DNA from: Trichormus sp. ATA11-4-KO1
GTDB taxonomy: Bacteria > Cyanobacteriota > Cyanobacteriia > Cyanobacteriales > Nostocaceae
Assembly: GCA_019358915.1 (NCBI GenBank)
Contig: JAHHIM010000006.1
Span: forward strand, 1 to 64,000
Direction of reading: 5' to 3'
DNA: 64,000 nucleotides
A program made the position numbers and the translations under genes. This document shows, one piece after another, positions 12,644 through 23,119 of this stretch (position 1 is its first letter; each line of letters starts with the position of its first letter). The notes under the pieces are model-generated. The model was not told where the DNA came from. It did no database searches and saw only the letters and a list, made by a program, of their open reading frames with translations.

Positions 12644-14617
12644 ATGCTAGAACAAGGCACTATCAGTATTCATACTGAGAATATTTTCCCAATCATCAAG
12701 AAGTCACTGTACTCAGATCATCAAATATTCTTGCGGGAATTGGTATCCAACGCTGTAGATGCCATTCAAAAGCTGAACATGGTATCCCGCGCAGGAGAAT
12801 TTGCGGGAGACATCGGTGAACCAGAAATCCAAATTGCTATCGACAAAGATAAAAAAACTCTTTCCATCACCGATAACGGGATTGGGATGACAGCAGAGGA
12901 AGTAAAGAAATATATCAATCAGGTTGCTTTCTCTAGTGCCGAAGAATTTATTCATAAGTATGAAGGTAAAGCTGACCAACCGATTATTGGTCACTTTGGT
13001 CTAGGTTTCTACTCCTCCTTCATGGTGGCGCAAAAAGTAGAAATTGATACTCTCTCATACCAAGAAGGGGCGCAAGCTGTTCACTGGAGTTGTGATGGTT
13101 CTCCTGCATTCACTTTGGAAGAGTCAAACCGCACAACTCGCGGTACTACTGTAACTCTCACCCTCCAAGGAGAGGAAGAGGAATTTTTAGAACCAGCACG
13201 AATTAAGAATCTTATCAAGACTTACTGTGACTTCATGCCAGTACCCATTAAACTGGAAGGTGAAGTACTGAATAAGCAAAAAGCACCTTGGCGGGAATCT
13301 GCAAATAACCTCAGTAAAGAAGATTATTTAGAGTTTTACCGCTATTTGTACCCATTTCAAGAAGAACCTTTGTTGTGGGTGCATTTAAACACTGATTATC
13401 CCTTTATCATCAACGGGATTTTGTATTTCCCCAGAATGCGTCCCGATGTGGATGTCACCAAAGGGCAAATCAAGCTATTTTGCAATCAAGTTTTTGTCAG
13501 CGATAACTGCGAAGAAATTATCCCACAATTTCTCATGCCCATGCGGGGTGTGATTGATAGCACCGACATTCCCTTGAATGTTTCCCGTAGTGCATTACAA
13601 GGCGATCGCACAGTACGCAAAATCGGCGATTATATTGCTAAGAAAGTAGGCGATCGCCTCAAAGAACTGTACCGTGACAACCGAGAACAATACATCAGCG
13701 CTTGGAAAGACCTCGGTACATTTGTCAAATTTGGTGTTCTCAACGACGAAAAATTCAAAAAACAAATCGAAGATATCATTATTTTCCGCACCACAGCCAA
13801 ACAAGAAGCAAAAAGTGAAACACCTTCCGTTCAAGTCCAGTCTGGTGAAGAAGATGCTTGGCAAGATGTCACTCCTTCCCCTGAATCCTCTTCCCACTCC
13901 CCCTACACAACCCTGAAAGAATACTTAGAACGTAACAAAGAACGTCACGAAAACAAGGTTTTCTACAGCACTGATGAAGCCAGCCAAGCAACCTACATAG
14001 AACTACACAAAAACCAAGGCTTGGAAGTCCTGTTCATGGATTCCTTCATCGATACTCACTTTATCAACTTCCTGGAACGGGAATATCAGGATGTCAAATT
14101 TACGCGGGTAGACTCTGACTTAGATAACACCCTGCTAGATCAAGACAAAACTGGGGAAATAGTTGACCCCAAAACCAACAAAACCAAGAGTGAGGTAATC
14201 AAAGAGTTATTTGAAAAATCCCTCAACAAACCCAAGGTTAATATCCGTACCGAAGCCTTGAAGTCAGACGATCCCCAAGGGACACCACCCGCAATGGTAC
14301 TATTACCCGAAATTCTGCGTCGCCTGCGGGAAATGAACGCCATGATGCAGCAGCAGAATGCAGAGTTTCCCGAAGACCACATCTTGCTGGTAAATACGGC
14401 TCATCCCCTGATTCAAAATCTCGCTAACCTTAACCAAGGGAGTATCATTCAAAGTGATGGTCACTCATCTACAGACCAGTTAGTGACAATGATTTGCCAA
14501 CACGTCTACGATTTAGCGCTGATGTCCCAAAAAGGATTTGACGCTGAGGGAATGAAATCTTTTGTGGAACGTTCCAACGAAGTACTCACCAAGCTCACAG
14601 AACAAGCTAGCAAGTAG
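12644..14617 (+). CDS. htpG: Molecular chaperone HtpG (Hsp90)
   Basis: FLRELVSNAVDA, DNGIGM, IGHFGLGFYS and LNVSRSALQ motifs. Confidence 0.97.
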   Translation: MLEQGTISIHTENIFPIIKKSLYSDHQIFLRELVSNAVDAIQKLNMVSRAGEFAGDIGEPEIQIAIDKDKKTLSITDNGIGMTAEEVKKYINQVAFSSAEEFIHKYEGKADQPIIGHFGLGFYSSFMVAQKVEIDTLSYQEGAQAVHWSCDGSPAFTLEESNRTTRGTTVTLTLQGEEEEFLEPARIKNLIKTYCDFMPVPIKLEGEVLNKQKAPWRESANNLSKEDYLEFYRYLYPFQEEPLLWVHLNTDYPFIINGILYFPRMRPDVDVTKGQIKLFCNQVFVSDNCEEIIPQFLMPMRGVIDSTDIPLNVSRSALQGDRTVRKIGDYIAKKVGDRLKELYRDNREQYISAWKDLGTFVKFGVLNDEKFKKQIEDIIIFRTTAKQEAKSETPSVQVQSGEEDAWQDVTPSPESSSHSPYTTLKEYLERNKERHENKVFYSTDEASQATYIELHKNQGLEVLFMDSFIDTHFINFLEREYQDVKFTRVDSDLDNTLLDQDKTGEIVDPKTNKTKSEVIKELFEKSLNKPKVNIRTEALKSDDPQGTPPAMVLLPEILRRLREMNAMMQQQNAEFPEDHILLVNTAHPLIQNLANLNQGSIIQSDGHSSTDQLVTMICQHVYDLALMSQKGFDAEGMKSFVERSNEVLTKLTEQASK

Positions 14618-14719
14618 AAATACTCTGCGTACCTCTGCGTTTAAGCAAAGCCGTACTAAGTCCTGATAGGACTAAAATAGAAAGGTTGTATTTAAATACG
14701 TCATCTGGAGATAGTTGCT

Positions 14720-14956
14720 ATGTCTCGTCGCTGCGAACTAACTGGTAAAAAGGCAAATAACGCCTTTGCAATTTCTCACTCTCACCGCCGTACCAAACGC
14801 CTACAGCAAGCAAATTTGCAAAACAAGCGTGTTTGGTGGGCTGGTGGAAATCGCTGGGTAAAACTGAAGCTGTCTACTAAAGCCATTAAAAGTTTAGAAA
14901 CTAAAGGCTTGGAAGCAATGGCAAAAGAAGCTGGAATTAATCTGAATCATTACTAA
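14720..14956 (+). CDS. rpmB: 50S ribosomal protein L28
   Basis: [11 protein letters not shown]...[16 protein letters not shown]. Confidence 0.97.
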   Translation: MSRRCELTGKKANNAFAISHSHRRTKRLQQANLQNKRVWWAGGNRWVKLKLSTKAIKSLETKGLEAMAKEAGINLNHY

Positions 14957-15031
14957 AAGTTTTGAACAAGGTATAGACTGCCAAATTTAATTTCTCAGTA
15001 TTTACCTGTAAGAGAATATTTACTCCAGCGG

Positions 15032-15054
15032 CCTCCCCAAAATGGGGAGGTTTT
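15032..15054 (+). terminator. Intrinsic terminator after rpmB
   Basis: CCTCCCCA-AAA-TGGGGAGG stem-loop followed by TTTT. Confidence 0.7.
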
Positions 15055-15063
15055 AAATTTTCT

Positions 15064-15096
15064 AGATTCCCGACTTCTTCAAGAAGTCGGGGATAT
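15064..15096. repeat. Palindromic dispersed repeat / hairpin
   Basis: CCCGACTTCTT-C-AAGAAGTCGGG near-perfect palindrome followed by a T-run. Confidence 0.65.
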
Positions 15097-15446
15097 TTTT
15101 TTCACGCTATCTGATTTTGTATTAACTTGATATGTTTTTTTAACCAATGGGTACTATAAATTTACTGCACTAACCATAGCTTCAATAGAATTACTTAGAA
15201 GCAAGATAAAGTTTGTCAAAGCGTAATGAAGTAAATAATTTGAAAAAATCAGTATTTTCTGTAAATTATCAAAAATCAATAAATGATATAAAGAAAGCAA
15301 CATCTTTTATGAATTGATTTTGCATTTGGGAGTTAGTTAAATAGGGTAATTACTTATTTCGTTGAACAATTAAATTTACAAAATTTCTTCCCAATTACCA
15401 AAAAAGTTAAAACCTTGTTTGAAAATCACTTGACAGGAGATCATTC

Positions 15447-18400
15447 ATGTCTCTAAATCGCCAGCTAGTCAAGACAATCACAAAAATCGCTAAACAATTT
15501 AGTCGGATTAGTAGAAATTGTGGTTCTGCAATTAACAACAAAATCATTTGGCTACTACGAACTTTATTTGTCTCCAAGAGACGAAAAACTTCTGCGAATG
15601 CTGGTTTTGTTTTGCCAACAGTGGCAATGGTATCGATAGTAGTTGTACTGCTGACAACGGCAATTCTATTTCGGTCTTTTGAACGCTCCAAAAATGCTAG
15701 TAATGTCAGAGTAAATGAGGTTGTGCTTAAGGCAGCCGCTCCGGCGATGGATCGAGCTAAAGCCAAGATAAATCAGTTATTTCAAGACCCTAGATTACCA
15801 CGTTCAACACCGTCAGATTTATCATTATCTCAAGTTATTGAAGGCAATATTAACCAATTTACTTTTGGAGATGAAACACAGTTAAAGGTGGTAAAAGATT
15901 TCAACGGTACAACTGGTATTCAAGAAGAAGAAATTCTCAATACAGCCTGGAAGTATCCCGTTGATACTGATAATGATGGCAAATTTGATAGTTATACAAT
16001 ATATGGTATTTACTTTCGGACTCCTACTAGTACCAGAGCGAGAAGCCCCTTAGAGGCGAGAGTACAACCAATGGACGAAGGAGCCTTTGGAAGCCAATGT
16101 CAGAGTGATATTGCTACTAGTGCCAACTTGGTCAGTAGTCAGGGTTGGTATAAAGTCGGCAGTAAGTTAAAAAGAAGTATTTTTATTCACACTGCCACAG
16201 TACCCATCACAAATATAGCTGGACTAGATGATACTAAATACGAGAAATTCACAGGAAATAGAGGTTTTGCAGCCTTAGAGTATCAGCAAGACCGGGAACG
16301 AATTCCACTTGCTAATAATGCGGTTATATATGAAGACGATTTAGAAATATCTCCAGGAGCGGGTTTAAATCTTAATGGACGCGTTTTCACTAATGGTAAT
16401 TTGCTGACAAGAAGTGGCGGTACTGCCATCAGATTTTATTTAGTCAGTAGTCCTAAATCCTGCTACTACACAGAAGAAAATAGCAAAATTGTTGTTGCAG
16501 GTAATGTGATCAACAGCCGTGTTAATGAAACTAGTAGCGGTAACGATGTCAGAGTAGACTTGTTCGATAAAGATTATGATGTCGATGCTCTCACTCTAAG
16601 TAGTGCAAATATTAGCAACACAAATAAGACTGTACCGACAGCTATTCATGGTAGTACAGCAGCTTACAATGATGAAGCTTATGCTAAACGAATTGACCGC
16701 TTAGTACAGGCAACAATAACAACTTATTCAGATAATACAGATCTTCCAGAGGAAGTTCAAGAAGAAATTCAACGTGATTTAGCTGTTAATCCTACCAAAG
16801 ATCCTAATGAAGTACGCCAAGAACAGCTAACGGTTTACTTCAGAAAACGCACGCGCCGTGTTCCCTTTGCAGAAATTCCTTTTGGTAGTGATGCACTTCA
16901 TAGAACTGGAGGTACTAACTACAACACAACAAGTCCTCTTGCGGGAAGTGGTAATTCATTAAGACCAGTGGACGCGTGGGTATTTCCCTTCGCTCCAGGT
17001 GATGGTACAACTGCAACTGATTATGCTGAAATAGGTATTAAAACGAACGGTGGAAACAAAATTTATCTATCTGCCACAGACCCAGCAATACAAGCAACAG
17101 CTGGTAAAGAAGACCGATTAGGCGATCGCGTTTTGGTCGGCAACAACATGCCAGAATTATGGTATGACGGAAGCAAGTTTGTTAGTTCACCTGGTGAAGG
17201 ACAAACAATTTCCGGTAGACAGTGGGATAACAACACTAATACTCGTAAACGCTTCTCCCAAGCTTACCAACTAGACAACTTAGGCGTTACCAACCGCAAT
17301 GGCTTTTGGGAACAATCAGCAGCACAAAAACCCAATGGCACTCTAGATGTAGTTGGTGGTTTGCGAGTTGTCACAGGTGCGGGAATTTACTTGCCTAATA
17401 ATCGTAATCCTGGTAGTACCACAACTGACTTAAATGCCGATCTTGCAGTTACAGATAAAATTTGGCCAGATAATATGCCAATGGGGATTACTAATGCGGC
17501 TCAGGGTTTACCCAGCGATCAAACACCATATCTGAAAATGCGGGCTACAGCAGTTTATCACTATCAAGATGACTTCTACGATCCCAAGACCCCGACAGAC
17601 TACCAAGCGCCCATTGCCTGTGTCAGCAGCTTCTATGACCCTACCACTCAAACTACAGCAGATGCCTCTAATAACGGTACTGCCTATCCAGCTTCTTCTC
17701 TTGCCATAACAGGTTATGAAGCAGTGCTGAACTATCAAAAGGATTTGAAATACCCCAACGGACGCTGGGTAAACAAACCACTTCGGGATGCTTTGGCAAA
17801 CATTAACGCTACTCCAGCCAAGTCTCTGACCCTTTCACAACAGTCTGCTGTTGATTCTGCCATGTGTGCTTTGAAAATTCTGGATGGTACCATTGGCACT
17901 GCTACAGAAACTGCTGTTCCTCATAACGCTATTAAAGAAACTGCTTTTCTGGATGCAAGGCAGATAAAAGCAATTGATAGGGTTTACGGTTCTAAAAACT
18001 ATGACTTGGATGTGGAACTACGTCAGCCATTAGAAATCCGTGCTACCGTTTTAGACCTAGATTTGTTGAGGAAAAAATCCAAGACAGGTGGAGAATTTTT
18101 ATTTCCCAATAGCGGAATTATTTATGCCACTCGTGATGATGCACTTCCAGATGAAAGCGATACCAGTAAATATGTAAGTGAGACTGACTTTACGCTAGAC
18201 CCAACTCGTCGCCCCAACGGTATCATGCTGATTAATGGCAGTGACTTAAGCCGTAATGCTACCTATAAGGCTGAAGAAAAGGGACTTATTTTAGCATCTG
18301 ACTTGCCAGTCTACATCGAAGGAGATTTCAATAAACACACCAAGGAAGAGTTTACAGAATTAAATACTTGGGGTGATGATTTCTATAAACGTAAAACACT

Positions 18401-20114
18401 CGATCCTAATTTTGCCTGTCGCAAGGATCAGTTTTCTAGCTGTAATACTGGTGAAACTTGGCGACCAGCATCTATACTTGCTGATGCGATTACTGTTTTG
18501 TCAGATAATTTTAAGCGGGGTTTCCGCCGAGACGGTGATTATGATTTGAATGACAATTATGGTAGTTATCCCATTGGTTATGACTTAAATGGTGATGGCA
18601 ATGTTGAAACCACATTATCTGCTACAACACCAAACACACTGGATGAACGGGTTATTAAGATTGACCTTAATAATGATGGTGATAAAGATGATGCTACTGT
18701 CAATATAATTGAAAGCAACATAACCTCAACTATTGCAACTAGGATAAATGGTTTTTGGGACAACAACTTCGTTACCAGTCGTGACTTTATAGATGGTCAA
18801 TACTCTGGTAGCACAGCAGGTCGTGTAGATAGCTCTTACTTCAACAACTTTGTTACCCCTGTTCAGCGCCGAGGGTCATTTCCTGAATATGTCATGGAAA
18901 TATGCCGCAAACCAACAGTTACAGCCTGTAAACCTGGTGATTGGAGTGTTGGTTACGAAACTGGCGGCACTGTCGATTGGAGCTACAAAGCAATAGATTC
19001 GGGAACAAACCGCATCCTACCGAATGATACAGACTACACTGTGGATAAACTTGGTGCTGGTACTACAGCTAGACCTGCATTGAATGCCGCAGACCGACAC
19101 TTTCCACGCAGAGTTGCTTTCTTACGAGATGCTACTAGCGGTAACTTAATATTTTCTAGTAGTAATAGACCAATTCCTTTAGGAATCATAGGTGGTAATA
19201 ACAACATCACAAATGCCACTACATTAGCCACAGAGAATTTAGGTCAAGTAAGATACTATCCGTTTGATACTCATTCTGTAAATGGCGTTTCCTTCTCAGC
19301 ATATAGCTCTAGCAACAAACCAAGACGGCACTACAAAGCTTTGTGGTTTAAAACAGATAATGCTGGGGTAGCCAATTATGGTCATGATTATCCTTTATGG
19401 ATTGAAAATCAAGCGGGACTTACCGCCACTCGAAAAATAGACCAGCCTTTGTTGGCACCAGTACTGCAAATTCAATATCCCTTTATCTCACCAGCAGCAG
19501 ATACAACTTCTCTCGGCACTGGTGGCAATGCAGCAGACCCAACTACAGGTTTCTGGATGCAACATGCCACAGCAACAGAAACCAATTTAGTATTTGCTCA
19601 AGGTAATACTCCCGCACGTCCACCGAACTCAAATATTGGCGAATCTAATGGTGGCTTAGAAAACTTTGTACGTTACTTAGAAAATTGGAATGGCATCAAT
19701 CATAAAGCTTCTGGTTCTTTCATTCAATTTAAACGTAGTAGCTACACGACCGCTCCCTGGCAAACTCTGATTGCAACTGGTAGTCCAAATGGGGACATCT
19801 TCGGTTATCCACAAATTTACAGAACTAGTGTAACTGATGGTCGTTCACCTTTCTATAATGCCCCTACCCGTCTTTGGGGTTATGACGTAGCCTTGCTGAC
19901 CCAACTACCTGACTTGTTCTCTCAACGCTTTACCGCACCTGCAACAAACGAGCCTAACGAATTTTTCAGAGAAGTGGGTCGAGATGACACTTGGATAAAA
20001 ACTCTGTTATGTGCAGCTCAAAAGGGTGGTGGCTATGAAGAAGCTCCCAGTACCTTATATGGGGACGATTTTGAATACGCTATTAGCGAAGACCAACGTG
20101 GTAACTGTTCTTAA
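15447..20114 (+). CDS. hpsA: Hormogonium polysaccharide biosynthesis protein HpsA (large protein with PilX-like N-terminus)
   Basis: Prepilin-like AG|FVLPTVAMV hydrophobic segment, 1555 aa, C-terminal GGLENFVRYLENW...RLWGYDVALL; first gene of the pilin-glycosyltransferase cluster after rpmB. Confidence 0.88.
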   Translation: MSLNRQLVKTITKIAKQFSRISRNCGSAINNKIIWLLRTLFVSKRRKTSANAGFVLPTVAMVSIVVVLLTTAILFRSFERSKNASNVRVNEVVLKAAAPAMDRAKAKINQLFQDPRLPRSTPSDLSLSQVIEGNINQFTFGDETQLKVVKDFNGTTGIQEEEILNTAWKYPVDTDNDGKFDSYTIYGIYFRTPTSTRARSPLEARVQPMDEGAFGSQCQSDIATSANLVSSQGWYKVGSKLKRSIFIHTATVPITNIAGLDDTKYEKFTGNRGFAALEYQQDRERIPLANNAVIYEDDLEISPGAGLNLNGRVFTNGNLLTRSGGTAIRFYLVSSPKSCYYTEENSKIVVAGNVINSRVNETSSGNDVRVDLFDKDYDVDALTLSSANISNTNKTVPTAIHGSTAAYNDEAYAKRIDRLVQATITTYSDNTDLPEEVQEEIQRDLAVNPTKDPNEVRQEQLTVYFRKRTRRVPFAEIPFGSDALHRTGGTNYNTTSPLAGSGNSLRPVDAWVFPFAPGDGTTATDYAEIGIKTNGGNKIYLSATDPAIQATAGKEDRLGDRVLVGNNMPELWYDGSKFVSSPGEGQTISGRQWDNNTNTRKRFSQAYQLDNLGVTNRNGFWEQSAAQKPNGTLDVVGGLRVVTGAGIYLPNNRNPGSTTTDLNADLAVTDKIWPDNMPMGITNAAQGLPSDQTPYLKMRATAVYHYQDDFYDPKTPTDYQAPIACVSSFYDPTTQTTADASNNGTAYPASSLAITGYEAVLNYQKDLKYPNGRWVNKPLRDALANINATPAKSLTLSQQSAVDSAMCALKILDGTIGTATETAVPHNAIKETAFLDARQIKAIDRVYGSKNYDLDVELRQPLEIRATVLDLDLLRKKSKTGGEFLFPNSGIIYATRDDALPDESDTSKYVSETDFTLDPTRRPNGIMLINGSDLSRNATYKAEEKGLILASDLPVYIEGDFNKHTKEEFTELNTWGDDFYKRKTLDPNFACRKDQFSSCNTGETWRPASILADAITVLSDNFKRGFRRDGDYDLNDNYGSYPIGYDLNGDGNVETTLSATTPNTLDERVIKIDLNNDGDKDDATVNIIESNITSTIATRINGFWDNNFVTSRDFIDGQYSGSTAGRVDSSYFNNFVTPVQRRGSFPEYVMEICRKPTVTACKPGDWSVGYETGGTVDWSYKAIDSGTNRILPNDTDYTVDKLGAGTTARPALNAADRHFPRRVAFLRDATSGNLIFSSSNRPIPLGIIGGNNNITNATTLATENLGQVRYYPFDTHSVNGVSFSAYSSSNKPRRHYKALWFKTDNAGVANYGHDYPLWIENQAGLTATRKIDQPLLAPVLQIQYPFISPAADTTSLGTGGNAADPTTGFWMQHATATETNLVFAQGNTPARPPNSNIGESNGGLENFVRYLENWNGINHKASGSFIQFKRSSYTTAPWQTLIATGSPNGDIFGYPQIYRTSVTDGRSPFYNAPTRLWGYDVALLTQLPDLFSQRFTAPATNEPNEFFREVGRDDTWIKTLLCAAQKGGGYEEAPSTLYGDDFEYAISEDQRGNCS

Positions 20115-20200
20115 TATCAAATAGTGGCCTTTCAGTGAGTACTTTAACACTACAGTGCTCACTATGACATAGACCCAGGTAATCTCCTAGTGTAATTTAA

Positions 20201-20881
20201 GTGACAACGAATATGATTCACCATCAACAGTGGCAAATATCCACATCTAATCAGTCAGGCTTTACCATCATCGAGTCATTGGTAGCGATTGTTGTTACTA
20301 GTATTTTATTAGCCGCGATCGCACCTGTGATTGTTTTATCTGTGGGTACACGGGTACAAGCAAGGCGCATTGAGTTAGCATCTGACGCAGCCAAAACCTA
20401 CGTTGAGGGTGTTAGGTCGAGAACAATTAATGCCCCTGTGATTACATCTGATGACGAACTAAAAGAATACCCGGCTCCTACGGTAGGAAGCTTAACTTGT
20501 AATGCTAATAGTTACTGCACTGCACCTACCACAAATTTGTACTGTGTTTCTCTTGACGGTACTAACTGTACCACGACCAATACTAGAAACTTTGTAATTC
20601 AAGCATTTGGATATCATCAAATGGAATCAACTACTGCTGATCAAGGCTATCAATTAGGGGTGCGTGTTTATAGGTCAGATGGGTTTGCTAGTGATGGCGG
20701 CGCACTGAAAACAGCACCTAATAAACAAATGACTTTCACCGGAGGATTAGGTGAGCGAAAAGCACCACTAGTTGAATTAACCACAGAAATTGCAACTAAA
20801 ACAACAAAATTTAGTGATTTTTGTGATCGTCTCAAACCTCCTGAAGATGAAGATAATGAAAATTCAACGTGCGAATCCTAA
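20201..20881 (+). CDS. hpsB: Pseudopilin / minor pilin HpsB
   Basis: G|FTIIESL class III signal peptide; follows hpsA. Confidence 0.82.
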   Translation: MTTNMIHHQQWQISTSNQSGFTIIESLVAIVVTSILLAAIAPVIVLSVGTRVQARRIELASDAAKTYVEGVRSRTINAPVITSDDELKEYPAPTVGSLTCNANSYCTAPTTNLYCVSLDGTNCTTTNTRNFVIQAFGYHQMESTTADQGYQLGVRVYRSDGFASDGGALKTAPNKQMTFTGGLGERKAPLVELTTEIATKTTKFSDFCDRLKPPEDEDNENSTCES

Positions 20882-20924
20882 TAAATGATAAATATTTGCA
20901 ACTCCAAGGGAAAAATATAGCATT

Positions 20925-21908
20925 ATGAAACCGTTTAAATGGCTTTTAAATAATCAGTTAAAGCAGTCTAGTTTGAAACAAAAAGTAAGCGGCTTTACTC
21001 TTATTGAGTTACTGGTAGCCATGGTGATAGCTTCTCTTATAATCACACCTTTGTTAGGATTTATGATCAATATTCTCGACAATGATCGTAAGGAGCAAGC
21101 TAAGGCAAATACTGAGCAGGAAATTAAAGCAGCACTTGACTACATTACACGAGATTTGCAGCAGTCAGTATACATTTATGATGCAGATGGTATATCTGCC
21201 ATTAGGAATGAACTACCTAAATCATCTACTGATGATAAAAAAAATTTTTTTCCAGTACTTGTTTTTTGGAAGCGACAGTATATTCCCAACGGACTTGTCG
21301 TTAAGTCAACTACCATAACTGATGAAGATGATAACACTACCACTACCGTTGAAACTGATGATACCTTTGTTTATTCTCTAGTCGTTTATTATTTAATTAA
21401 AGATAATAATACTACCTGGTCTAATGCAGCTCGGCTTGGTAGATTTCAAATAAATAATGGTTATGGACAAACAGAGACACAAAAAAATAGCACTAGAGAC
21501 ACTGGGTTTCAATTATTTGATTTATCAAATGAAGGCAACCTTCAAACTAAAATGAATAATTGGAAAAAGAAACCTTCTGAAACCTATACAAAACAAATTT
21601 TGCCTCTCGTTGACTACATAGATCAAACTACTATAGATAATTCGACAAATCCAGCCCCAACTTGTTCTATGGGTCAGCTAGTACCCCAGTTTTCTGGCAG
21701 TGGGGATGCAGTGGCAACAGATAATGTGAGAACACGGGGATTTTATGTTTGTGTAGATTCATCTAGTAATGTAGCAGAAATTTACCTACGAGGTAATTCT
21801 CTGGCTCGGTTACAAAACAATAATATGGATTTTAATGAAAACAAAAAAACCTATTTTCCTCAAGTAGGCACAAGAGTACAAGGACTTGGATTCTTATTTA
21901 CTAACTAA
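20925..21908 (+). CDS. hpsC: Pseudopilin / minor pilin HpsC
   Basis: G|FTLIELL class III signal peptide, PVLVFWKR motif, position in the locus. Confidence 0.82.
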   Translation: MKPFKWLLNNQLKQSSLKQKVSGFTLIELLVAMVIASLIITPLLGFMINILDNDRKEQAKANTEQEIKAALDYITRDLQQSVYIYDADGISAIRNELPKSSTDDKKNFFPVLVFWKRQYIPNGLVVKSTTITDEDDNTTTTVETDDTFVYSLVVYYLIKDNNTTWSNAARLGRFQINNGYGQTETQKNSTRDTGFQLFDLSNEGNLQTKMNNWKKKPSETYTKQILPLVDYIDQTTIDNSTNPAPTCSMGQLVPQFSGSGDAVATDNVRTRGFYVCVDSSSNVAEIYLRGNSLARLQNNNMDFNENKKTYFPQVGTRVQGLGFLFTN

Positions 21909-21935
21909 GTAGATTTGGTTTACTTAGGATAATAA

Positions 21936-22109
21936 CCCTGTTTTGTCACTCTCGGAAAACAATAATCTCAGCCAAATTCTGAGACTTTGATTTAATCCAG
22001 GTTTGAGGCTTTATTTCCTAACAGAAACTAAAATTCATAGACGAAAAGTGGAAACTAAAGCACCGTAACCATTTGAGCGATTGGATTCTCCCAAAGTGAC
22101 AAATGAGGG
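21936..22109. mobile_element. MITE-like element, 174 bp, with imperfect terminal inverted repeats
   Basis: Left end CCCTGTTTTGTCACTCTCGG; reverse complement of right end CCCTCATTTGTCACTTTGGG; no ORF inside. Confidence 0.55.
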
Positions 22110-22205
22110 ATAAACAATCTTTGAATAAATAGTCATTATTAAATAACGTTTCGTCACTATTTGCTTGAGTTTTGACTTTTTTGAGTTAGTAAAGGGAAGT
22201 ATGAT

Positions 22206-22874
22206 ATGTATAGTCTAGTGCTAAATAAAACTTTACAGAAAATTCCTGTAAAAATATTGAGTACAAAACCAGAATCTTCTGCTCAACTTGCTGAGAAAAA
22301 TGCTGGCTTTACCCTACTTGAAATTTTGGTAGTGGTAGTAATAATTGCAGTTTTAGCAGCGATATCGGCTCCTGGATGGCTGGGTTTTGTCAATAGGCAG
22401 CGAGTTAATAAAGCTAACGATATTATTTTAGCTGCCTTACAGGAAGCACAGAGAGAAGCTAAAAGAACAAAAGTTAATTACAGTGTCAGTTTTAAAACTG
22501 AGGATGACATTCCTCAGATTGCAGTTTACCAAGGTACAACACCAAGCAATTGGCGCAACTTAGGTGCGGATTTGGAAATCAAGCCGAGAGAAGTATTACT
22601 TCGTACCAATATCGCTGAAACTAATAAAGCTGGTAGTTCGATATCTGATTCCAGTAATGTGGAACAAATAATTACTTTCGATTACATGGGAACTTTGCCA
22701 AACGCTGACTTTGGTACAGTGCCAGATGGTTCAACAGAAGCACCTGGGTTAAAAATTATATTAGCTTTACCCCAGTCTAATGATCCCACATCTCTCAGTG
22801 ATGTCAAACGATGTGTGATTGTTAAAACTCTCTTAGGTGCAATAATTACAGAGAAAGATGATAAATGTAATTAA
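22206..22874 (+). CDS. hpsD: Pseudopilin / minor pilin (FimT/GspH-like; HpsD by position)
   Basis: G|FTLLEIL...APGWLGFVNRQR; C-terminal Cys pair. Confidence 0.78.
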   Translation: MYSLVLNKTLQKIPVKILSTKPESSAQLAEKNAGFTLLEILVVVVIIAVLAAISAPGWLGFVNRQRVNKANDIILAALQEAQREAKRTKVNYSVSFKTEDDIPQIAVYQGTTPSNWRNLGADLEIKPREVLLRTNIAETNKAGSSISDSSNVEQIITFDYMGTLPNADFGTVPDGSTEAPGLKIILALPQSNDPTSLSDVKRCVIVKTLLGAIITEKDDKCN

Positions 22875-22946
22875 ATCAACGCTCTTTTGCCAATTTTCTT
22901 TTGCTAAAACAACATAATAAAAACAGTAGAAACACGGTACATAAAG

Positions 22947-22989
22947 CTGCTCCTTGATAGCAAAATTGAAACATGAGGAGCAGTTTTTT
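22947..22989 (+). terminator. Possible intrinsic terminator after hpsD
   Basis: CTGCTCCT...AGGAGCAG stem with a long loop, followed by TTTTTT. Confidence 0.5.
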
Positions 22990-23119
22990 AGTTGTATATA
23001 AGTTTTATATTGGCTTGCTACTCAAAAAATAGTTACAAATTCTACCCCACCGCATTTTTAATATTATTAGGGTGAGATAGATATCAAAGTTTATTTAATT
23101 TAAATCCAACTTGCCAGCT

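Noticed and set aside
15340..15356. SigJ/SigF-type promoter element GGGTAATTACT upstream of hpsA
   Set aside because: Imperfect match in AT-rich DNA; cannot be supported without TSS data.
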